This document shows positions 58,901 through 64,000 of a stretch of 64,000 bases of DNA, piece after piece (positions within the stretch are counted from its first letter, which is position 1; every line of letters begins with the position of its first letter). The translations under genes were made by a program, and so were the position numbers. The notes beneath the pieces were generated by a model, which was not told the DNA's origin, did no database searches, and saw only the letters and a list, made by a program, of their open reading frames with translations. This DNA is from a virus: positions 3,622-67,621 of IMG/VR virus record IMGVR_UViG_3300020470_003365, one strand, 5' to 3'.

Positions 58901-59240
58901 AGGTGGATGTTGGGCTGTCGTTACGAATTATGCAGCAAAGTGTTGTGCTAATAGAGCATGTAATACAGGTATGCTGCAAATTGATACATGGCGAGGAAAT
59001 CCAAATATGTGTCTCTACTGTGATAGTAAGAAGTATGCAAATAATATACGATTATCTGGTATGGTTTCCGTTCCTGATAAAGATATAAATTTCATCGCAT
59101 GGAAACTTTGTAACTATAGTCTTGGAGCTCAGGTTCAATCTGATGGTTTCATACAATGTGAAAATGGGATGCAATGTTGGTATAATTATGTAAGTTTCAC
59201 TAAATTGAGCAATAATCCTGGAATGTGTTATATTAACTAA
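55926..59240 (+). CDS. Tail fibre protein with propeller-like middle and Cys-rich C1q-like C-terminus
   Basis: MSQTKAQL start, GTLTKQDVTNVDSVG, EKLRI...GIGG..YG.AGQVL.S, NFIG...G......LTPGQTY.VQ.DG; last ~225 aa has about 25 Cys. Confidence 0.8.
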   Translation: MSQTKAQLLDPKGDVTYSGHITGVGATFTGNITAADGIFSGNVSVAGTLTKQDVTNVDSVGLITARSGVRVTAGGLDVTGVSTFAGYINLAQKIVHTGDPDTSIEFDTNIIKFETAGGQRLRISDDGKIGIGTDIIRGGIDVFGDGSSYPTLRLGTELYQTEGEDIRFGRIDAGATDVRYHSIWTRHDGSDSGNNIQFRIHDATGAPHTSQAKVLTLTGAGDASLSASGDVMGVSRLTILPADRTSAFDASDGDTWHDVVLKQTGSAGNNAVGIAFETSTSGYHKNAGTGIAAVKNGTNNDYGSHLVFITRPQSGAASEKLRISDAGALGIGGATYGNAGQVLTSGGSGAAISWADAAGGAEYAGIASGSISTGNPVIVHPDGKLEKVKNSYTQDIQIGGAANGDTEIDDPGVRPLYFPDEDGTERYLFLYRKSMSPYYRTATRAGNSLSLSSRNQWNGGNGAGNFAVGYNPDRKRAVMIFYQQSPGGYCAVQIIRPNGSSIAQGSTVQVDTGGSVNGVGVAYHGDDKFIIAWSRGGTVYSKILTNTSSSNYTGISLGNTVTVGSAGGNIGSRISISEKDNNGKHMLFYPVFPTGSRYSGFGINYTVISVSGTTPSFGSISHLGGNAEREYEANNMLVDSSFDSSQNRYLVVYKQVHDGTGTYINKTYVVNATISGTSITMSSQVELTNNITETTPSTAFDSNLNKHFVFLYSTANSNSVVAHPFTITGSAAPSAGSTFNVSTGEKVWYGKVIFNATIGKLIFGARNASSSGAGNWLRARVISTSQVETNLKRENFIGLSKGNYTDGNTAKVNVNGSVDENQSSLTPGQTYFVQKDGTLALTSDTERVVAGQAVSSTNLIVRDENPRQGILGYWKYHLRNCGNYKSWCTCGWVGAYDRDANNSCNFCVGKWQPWCCTSYGANNKFIDAYNLSDENGGNMCIGCGGMSCNTPFCVSPNACNNSCPDGRFWFPSEGLYCYNFNMMWLNCQGMAQGGCWAVVTNYAAKCCANRACNTGMLQIDTWRGNPNMCLYCDSKKYANNIRLSGMVSVPDKDINFIAWKLCNYSLGAQVQSDGFIQCENGMQCWYNYVSFTKLSNNPGMCYIN

Positions 59241-59265
59241 ACGATAAATATCTAAAAACAAAACA

Positions 59266-59454
59266 ATGCCTTTTCATATTAAAAAACCAGCTGCATTAGG
59301 GTCGGGTGATGTCTACTATGAAAGTGGATCTACATGGACTAGTACCTATGCAGACAGGAAGGTTTATTCATCTAAGTCAACTGCTGATGCACAAGCAACA
59401 AATTATGATGGAAGTAATGGTGGATTTGCTGGATCAACCGTAGTTAGTGAGTGA
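59266..59454 (+). CDS. Small late (probably virion) protein
   Basis: 62 aa ORF behind TAAATA at 59245-59250; Ser/Thr/Gly-rich. Confidence 0.7.
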   Translation: MPFHIKKPAALGSGDVYYESGSTWTSTYADRKVYSSKSTADAQATNYDGSNGGFAGSTVVSE

Positions 59455-59530
59455 CGATAATTAAACTGTCATAGTATTTGGTTTTTGTATGGTTCATCTG
59501 ATATGATGGCCTCATAAATTATTTTATTCT

Positions 59531-59635
59531 ATGCAGTTAACTGGATCTGAAAAATTGGTTTTCATCGCCTCATTCATGGTTCTCATGAACTGGGGTGTTC
59601 GTGTATCTAACCTTGTTATTTCTAACTTATTATGA
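59531..59635 (+). CDS. Small hydrophobic hypothetical protein (34 aa)
   Basis: Manual translation MQLTGSEKLVFIASFMVLMNWGVRVSNLVISNLL*; ATGA overlap with the next gene. Confidence 0.55.
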   Translation: MQLTGSEKLVFIASFMVLMNWGVRVSNLVISNLL

Positions 59636-59838
59636 AAACTGCTATTAAAACTGAGTTTATTTGTGTTAAACCTAAGTCTAATGAGGCTGAGTATAGGTTT
59701 GAGCATGATATGTATAAACTACACTCTTGTAGGGTGGTAAATAGAGAGAACGGAAAAGTATCTCTTGCTTCAATCACTAATCGTTATTCATTTGAGATGT
59801 TTGAAGGAGGGGATGATCATTGGGAGATTATTAAATGA
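59632..59838 (+). CDS. Hypothetical protein
   Basis: ORF track; ATGA-coupled on both sides. Confidence 0.7.
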   Translation: MKTAIKTEFICVKPKSNEAEYRFEHDMYKLHSCRVVNRENGKVSLASITNRYSFEMFEGGDDHWEIIK

Positions 59839-60149
59839 AAGAGACTGAGACTGAACTTGAAAGGTGGGATAGAGCAAAGACTCTAATGTTAGAGTCATTG
59901 TATAAACCTGATAGTAAACTACGAGGTTGTGCATATAATCAAGGATGTAAAGACTATTTGATGGAGATAAGGGATGAGGTAATTGAGATGGTAAGAGATA
60001 TGCCAAATCCACATGCAGAAAAATTAGAATTTGGTAAGAAGAATAGTCATGTAGAACCTACAATTACTACACCAAATGGTGAGATTAGTGAAACTTTAAT
60101 GAGTGGAACTTTAGGTGATTATTACATGTCAGAGAAGAGAGAGTACTAG
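59835..60149 (+). CDS. Hypothetical protein
   Basis: ORF track; GGAG RBS, coupled start. Confidence 0.7.
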   Translation: MKETETELERWDRAKTLMLESLYKPDSKLRGCAYNQGCKDYLMEIRDEVIEMVRDMPNPHAEKLEFGKKNSHVEPTITTPNGEISETLMSGTLGDYYMSEKREY

Positions 60150-60297
60150 GCATAAATTTTTATTACATAAGGTTGTCAAACCAGGACATTTATGTTATAA
60201 ATAATATTAGTCACCGAAAGGTACAATAAGAGGTACAAAATGAGTTAAAGGTGCTATATTATGCACTTTGTTATAGAAAAGTTCATGGAGTAGATTA

Positions 60298-60447
60298 ATG
60301 CACAATTTAATTTCATACAATCAATTAGCAGGAGAGGAAACTTTCGATCCCAATAATGATTTAATAGCAGACTACTACGAGTGTTTAATCGAATGTAATG
60401 ACAGCCAATCAGTTTGTAAACGTATATGCAAGGAGGTTTTAATTTAA
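60298..60447 (+). CDS. Small Cys-motif protein (49 aa)
   Basis: Manual translation MHNLISYNQLAGEETFDPNNDLIADYYECLIECNDSQSVCKRICKEVLI*; GGAG RBS; TATAAATA at 60196-60203. Confidence 0.75.
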   Translation: MHNLISYNQLAGEETFDPNNDLIADYYECLIECNDSQSVCKRICKEVLI

Positions 60448-60517
60448 ATTAAGTAAACCTTAGATTTAAATAAAATGACACTACATTCACATCCACCTTA
60501 AAGTAAGTAAAGAATAT

Positions 60518-60551
60518 ACCCCTTGACAAATCAGTCAGGGGGTTTTATATT
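60518..60551 (+). terminator. Rho-independent terminator hairpin containing a sigma70 promoter
   Basis: ACCCCTTGAC-aaatca-GTCAGGGGGT-ttt; TTGACA (60523-60528)-17 bp-TATATT (60546-60551). Confidence 0.7.
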
Positions 60552-60574
60552 GGCTTTACAATTATGACTCTGCA

Positions 60575-60958
60575 ATGGCAATTTATGATGATGTAAAGAT
60601 CACTATTAACCTCAATGAGTTGGTAGAGATTAGAGCAAAACTTATTTCTCAATATGATGACTACTCAGAGAAGGTATGTAAAGGTGAATACCTAGATGGT
60701 GGTGATATTGATCGCATTGCAACTAAGTTAAGAGATACTTTAACTTGGGATACTCTTTACAGTATGGTTGATGATGCTGTATTAGAATATTTGGGTATGA
60801 AAGAAAATCATTATGGTTCTAGGACTATTGAAACCATTGAGATAACAATGGAGAAGGAAAAGAAAGAAAGAGAGAAAGAATTTAAGAAGAACTTTGATAT
60901 GGTTAAACTAGAATCATCAGCATGGACACTTGAAGTACCAATGAGGAAAAGAAAATGA
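60575..60958 (+). CDS. Hypothetical protein
   Basis: ORF track; downstream of a sigma70 promoter. Confidence 0.75.
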   Translation: MAIYDDVKITINLNELVEIRAKLISQYDDYSEKVCKGEYLDGGDIDRIATKLRDTLTWDTLYSMVDDAVLEYLGMKENHYGSRTIETIEITMEKEKKEREKEFKKNFDMVKLESSAWTLEVPMRKRK

Positions 60959-61110
60959 TACAAGATGAAGAAACATTGGTAGCAGAACTTATGACAATAA
61001 CCTCATTACTTGGTGGTACTGCTCAAAGATATGAGGTAACAGATAGTAAGGGTAATGCGTATAAGAAAATTGTTATTGAATATGATGTCTCAGAAAACAA
61101 TGCTACATAA
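60955..61110 (+). CDS. Small hypothetical protein (51 aa)
   Basis: Manual translation MIQDEETLVAELMTITSLLGGTAQRYEVTDSKGNAYKKIVIEYDVSENNAT*; ATGA overlap. Confidence 0.65.
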   Translation: MIQDEETLVAELMTITSLLGGTAQRYEVTDSKGNAYKKIVIEYDVSENNAT

Positions 61111-61120
61111 CACAGATGCG

Positions 61121-61279
61121 ATGGAACAAATGAAAAATCCTCTTAGCCCTGTTAAGATGGTAAGAGAAACTTATTCTAGGTATTTGCAAAGACATGTAAC
61201 TGAGGTGCAAGTACAGTTTAAGGATGAGGAACCAGCATGGATTCCTTATGAAACTTTGTTAGCAATACAATCTGAGTAG
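61121..61279 (+). CDS. Small hypothetical protein
   Basis: C-terminal part of track ORF 61055-61279 (TEVQVQFKDEEPAWIPYETL); later start chosen to avoid overlap. Confidence 0.6.
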   Translation: MEQMKNPLSPVKMVRETYSRYLQRHVTEVQVQFKDEEPAWIPYETLLAIQSE

Positions 61280-61318
61280 GCATAAATACTAGTCCAGACG
61301 TATAGAATACAATGGATA

Positions 61319-61471
61319 ATGTCAAATTTATCAGACAAAAAAGCAGCAAAGAAGATCATTAAACAAGCAAAGAAACATCCTGATTGGTACACTGAACAAG
61401 ATGTATATTATGCAAAGATGATGAAAAAGAAAATCAAAGCAGAGGAAAAACTCAACAAATTGGAGACTTAA
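61319..61471 (+). CDS. Small basic hypothetical protein (50 aa)
   Basis: Manual translation MSNLSDKKAAKKIIKQAKKHPDWYTEQDVYYAKMMKKKIKAEEKLNKLET*; TAAATA at 61283-61288. Confidence 0.7.
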   Translation: MSNLSDKKAAKKIIKQAKKHPDWYTEQDVYYAKMMKKKIKAEEKLNKLET

Positions 61472-61473
61472 TT

Positions 61474-61671
61474 ATGGCCTTATCAGAACAAGTAGAAACT
61501 GCTCTAAATGAAGCACAAGATAAACTAAGAGAAGCATTAGCCTTCGCAGCAAGGAGTGAGAAACCTTATATTAGTAAGCATATCTCTGACATGATGATGA
61601 AAATTGATTGTCTAAATGAAGTTTCTACTCTGATAGACCATGTTGAGGATACTATGAAAAGTAACGAATGA
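61474..61671 (+). CDS. Hypothetical protein
   Basis: MALSEQVE..L.EAQ..LR.ALAFAARSEKPY; GGAG RBS. Confidence 0.75.
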   Translation: MALSEQVETALNEAQDKLREALAFAARSEKPYISKHISDMMMKIDCLNEVSTLIDHVEDTMKSNE

Positions 61672-61755
61672 TTGAGGAACTCTAAAGACAATATAAAATT
61701 TATACATAAATCATATAACTAATGTTAGAATCTCCTCACACACCAACATAAAACT

Positions 61756-61977
61756 ATGATTAACCTAGACGAGCGATACCATTCCTACTTGGATGGCAGT
61801 AAGAAGATGAGAATAGATGGCGTAGAAGAAAGGGTTAAATCTTATGGATGGCACTGTGATGGTAATGATATTATGGGTCACTATGTGACAACAGAGAACT
61901 TTAAGTTGTTTTATAATATGGAAGGCCTCTTTACTAAGATGGTGGCACTCAGAGAACTGGCACAAACTACTAGGTGA
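61756..61977 (+). CDS. Hypothetical protein
   Basis: ORF track; MINLDERYHSYL...IDG..E.V..YGW.CDG. Confidence 0.7.
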   Translation: MINLDERYHSYLDGSKKMRIDGVEERVKSYGWHCDGNDIMGHYVTTENFKLFYNMEGLFTKMVALRELAQTTR

Positions 61978-62020
61978 ATGAATCACTTTAGTGTATAATG
62001 GCCTTATATACAAAATTAAA

Positions 62021-62443
62021 ATGAAAATTGCACTTGCAGCGTTATTAGCACTTACTCCTGTTTCAGCAGTTGCGAGTCCTGTTTATAATGATTCTCAACC
62101 AGGATATTCTAATCAAAGAAGTTGTTTTAAGACAGAATATAGAGAAGAATATATTCCAGGAACAGAGGATAATCCTGGATATGTAAAGTCATGGAAGGAT
62201 ACTGTTGAAGTTCCTTGTGAAGATTCTAATGTTGGATGGAGAAGACATCCAGATAGGCCATACTATCGTAGGCATGTAACTGTCTATGAGGATACCAATG
62301 ATTGTTCTGATGGTAAGATTGCTGGTGGATTATTAGGTGGTGGCATTGGTGCTGCTGTTTCAAGAGGTGATGGTCGCTGGTGGGCAATACCATTAGGTGC
62401 AGTTGTTGGTAGTCACATTGGATGTGATCTTGCTGGCGGTTGA
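62021..62443 (+). CDS. Secreted/membrane glycine-zipper protein
   Basis: Signal peptide MKIALAALLALTPVSAVA; REEYIPGT...PGYV; C-terminal GGLLGGGIGAA.SRGDGRWWAIPLGAV.G glycine zipper. Confidence 0.75.
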   Translation: MKIALAALLALTPVSAVASPVYNDSQPGYSNQRSCFKTEYREEYIPGTEDNPGYVKSWKDTVEVPCEDSNVGWRRHPDRPYYRRHVTVYEDTNDCSDGKIAGGLLGGGIGAAVSRGDGRWWAIPLGAVVGSHIGCDLAGG

Positions 62444-62477
62444 TACAAAAGGGGGACGCATAAAGTGTCCTTAAGAT

Positions 62478-62655
62478 GTGAGGGATATACGGTTCTACTG
62501 CCCGAAAATGATCAATGGGTTAGGTGAGAGTCCTAACTATCTCCGAAAGGATAAGGGAAATCATTGAATCAAGTAGGGGTTCAGGTGTAAGCGATTCCCA
62601 GTAGGTAAATTTGGGCTGCATGGGTGAAACCCAGATCATGGCCCCGTTCCCTCAC
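62478..62655 (+). ncRNA. Structured RNA 1, probably manA-motif-like
   Basis: Closing stem GTGAGGGA (62478-62485)/TCCCTCAC (62648-62655); TTCTACT/AGTAGGG; TCAATG/CATTGA; GTTAGG/CCTAAC; TCC-GAAA-GGA; GGG-TGAAA-CCC. The manA assignment is from memory of cyanophage RNA motifs and is unverified. Confidence 0.7.
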
Positions 62656-62657
62656 TG

Positions 62658-62708
62658 CTGCAACCCCCTTTGGTAGTTTCAGGGTTGGAGGCGATAGGAA
62701 ACTACACA
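62658..62708 (+). ncRNA. Structured RNA 2, compact H-type pseudoknot
   Basis: CAACCC (62661-62666)/GGGTTG (62682-62687) crossed with GTAGTTTC (62673-62680)/GAAACTAC (62698-62705). Confidence 0.6.
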
Positions 62709-62813
62709 GTGGGATGACTTAGTACCTATCCAACCTTGTAAGGTAGCATTGAAATAGAATGTGGTAATTCCTTACATAATGAAGATAGGTGAAGCACCTC
62801 TTGAGCATCCCAC
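62709..62813 (+). ncRNA. Structured RNA 3, long multi-stem hairpin
   Basis: Nested GTGGGATG/CATCCCAC, ACCTATC/GATAGGT, TGTAAGG/CCTTACA, CATT/AATG. Confidence 0.62.
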
Positions 62814-62823
62814 ACCCTTTATT

Positions 62824-62941
62824 CTAGGCAAGGGTCTATGGTTGTCTCAATTCAGTTGAGAAATTACGCCCTGTAAGTCCTTTACGAGGAGATGGATGTG
62901 CCTCGTGGGTCGCCCCCACTAAAAGAACTAACATCCCCTAG
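62824..62941 (+). ncRNA. Structured RNA 4, multi-branch with alternative pairing
   Basis: CTAGG/CCTAG closing; AGGGT/GCCCT; TCTCAA/TTGAGA; GGATGT/ACATCC; GTGGG/CCCAC; ACGAGG (62884-62889)/CCTCGT (62901-62906). Confidence 0.58.
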
Positions 62942-62961
62942 GCTATTTTTATATTATTCTT

Positions 62962-63270
62962 ATGAATTTTGTGCAATTCCTTGAATCTAAAGGATTTGAA
63001 AGATCTACAGACGATAACCAAATTTATAGTTATCCATCTGAATCTGAGTGGAATAAGCAACAAGCTAATTCCACATCTGATGATCCTGATAGACAATTAG
63101 AAGCGAAAGCATGGGTTGAAAAATATCCTAAAATGTATTATTGGGATAATAATGATTATGATGATATAACTCCTGAATTACAAGTTTATTATCAATGTAT
63201 AAATGATGATGGAGAATTAGATTGCGACAGTTATGATTTTATCAAGATTCCTTCTTTATTATTATGTTAG
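62962..63270 (+). CDS. Acidic hypothetical protein
   Basis: ORF track; first gene after the RNA cluster. Confidence 0.7.
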   Translation: MNFVQFLESKGFERSTDDNQIYSYPSESEWNKQQANSTSDDPDRQLEAKAWVEKYPKMYYWDNNDYDDITPELQVYYQCINDDGELDCDSYDFIKIPSLLLC

Positions 63271-63434
63271 TTGATCTATCAAAAGAAGAATTAAAGGCAT
63301 TAGCTGAGGTGTCTTTACATTCCAGTAATTTAGAAATGTCTGAAGAGGCAATCGAATTCTGGACTAATTTATATCTTAAACTCAGAAACATTTCAAACGC
63401 ATGTACTTGTAAGGAGGATTTAAATGACAAGTGA
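63264..63434 (+). CDS. Small hypothetical protein (56 aa)
   Basis: Manual translation MLVDLSKEELKALAEVSLHSSNLEMSEEAIEFWTNLYLKLRNISNACTCKEDLNDK*. Confidence 0.6.
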   Translation: MLVDLSKEELKALAEVSLHSSNLEMSEEAIEFWTNLYLKLRNISNACTCKEDLNDK

Positions 63435-63549
63435 ACAACACTTCATCAATAAAACTGATGAGATGCTTGAAAAGTTCATTGAAGAATGTGAACAAGAAGC
63501 AGCAAAATTAGAGGTCACAGTTGACTATTATCTTGCTGAATTTATTTGA
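63424..63549 (+). CDS. Small acidic protein (41 aa)
   Basis: Manual translation MTSEQHFINKTDEMLEKFIEECEQEAAKLEVTVDYYLAEFI*; AAGGAGG RBS. Confidence 0.75.
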   Translation: MTSEQHFINKTDEMLEKFIEECEQEAAKLEVTVDYYLAEFI

Positions 63550-63590
63550 CAAATTATACCCTAGCAGTTAGACTGTTAGGGTATTTTCTT
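63546..63590 (+). terminator. Terminator hairpin overlapping a sigma70-like promoter
   Basis: ATACCCTAGCAG-ttaga-CTGTTAGGGTAT-tttc; TTGACA (63546-63551)-17 bp-TAGACT. Confidence 0.65.
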
Positions 63591-63618
63591 ATACATAGAG
63601 TGTTATTAATTTATTACT

Positions 63619-63807
63619 ATGTCTGAACAAAAATTATATAAGATCCTGAATTTTACTACTAATGGATGGAACCTTATTGAAGATCATGCAAACAATTTAA
63701 CTAAAGATCAGTGTGATAAAATGCTTAATGAATTTGTTGCTGAAGGATATAATCCTAATAAATTGAAGGCCGTAACAGTTGATGACACTCGCTTTCAGGC
63801 AGATTAA
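63619..63807 (+). CDS. Hypothetical protein
   Basis: LYKI...TTNGW......NLTKDQC......GYNPN.L; ORF track. Confidence 0.72.
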   Translation: MSEQKLYKILNFTTNGWNLIEDHANNLTKDQCDKMLNEFVAEGYNPNKLKAVTVDDTRFQAD

Positions 63808-64000
63808 TGTATGAACCCGAAGTCGATGATTATGTCATTTGGAAAAGACCAAATGGCGACTGGGAAGAGGGATGGGTCTATTTTAAGGGAGATCCAGTAG
63901 ACAATGAGAAGAGAGTAAAGGATGGATGGAATCCTTTATCACAGTATATTACCATTGAAACTGGTGTTAAACCAAAGAAAACATGCACCTATACAAGTGG
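63807..64000 (+). CDS. Hypothetical protein, truncated by the window end
   Basis: Manual translation MYEPEVDDYVIWKRPNGDWEEGWVYFKG...YITIETGVKPK; TAATG coupling. Confidence 0.7.
   Translation, partial: MYEPEVDDYVIWKRPNGDWEEGWVYFKGDPVDNEKRVKDGWNPLSQYITIETGVKPKKTCTYTS

Noticed and set aside
2391-59261. Many 60-195 aa antisense or off-frame ORFs inside large genes (e.g. 3854-4441, 5856-6386, 17086-17505, 49424-49828)
   Set aside because: Expected from codon bias on the coding strand; no RBS, promoter or motif support.
61991-62020. GTG start given in the ORF track for the glycine-zipper gene
   Set aside because: It overlaps the TATAAT box; ATG at 62021 gives a clean signal peptide.
62444-62961. 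tRNA, tmRNA or CRISPR array in the GC-richer gap
   Set aside because: No cloverleaf with a GTTC(G/A)A T-loop and no regularly spaced identical repeats.

Overview
A 64 kb AT-rich segment of a large T4-like marine cyanomyophage (Kyanoviridae type; gene order resembles Prochlorococcus phage P-SSM2 relatives). 1-19.4 kb is the baseplate/hub/tail module: gp48, gp2-like, gp4, gp54/gp19-like, gp26, gp51, two tape-measure-like genes, a hub protein, a CP12-domain gene, gp5, a PA14-repeat protein and spike parts. 19.5-59.4 kb is a long fibre/accessory island. In it, large virion proteins (tail fibres, three Kelch-like propeller proteins, three very Cys-rich proteins) alternate with modifying enzymes: GT2, GT4, GT9-like, three 2OG-Fe(II) oxygenase-fold proteins, a sulfotransferase, a carbamoyltransferase and an almost complete ADP-heptose pathway. 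59.5-64 kb holds small early-type hypothetical genes and a 0.5 kb GC-richer gap packed with structured RNAs. Most notable: (1) the island looks like a virion-decoration system, with enzymes behind sigma70-type promoters and many structural genes behind T4 late boxes; (2) a canonical -1 slippery site joins gp26 to an ATG-less gp51; (3) four consecutive structured RNA elements, one an H-type pseudoknot; (4) Cys-decorated fibre proteins next to a heptosyltransferase-like gene; (5) a 2OG oxygenase paralog with a halogenase-like HXG motif. All calls come from reading the sequence by eye; no searches were run.
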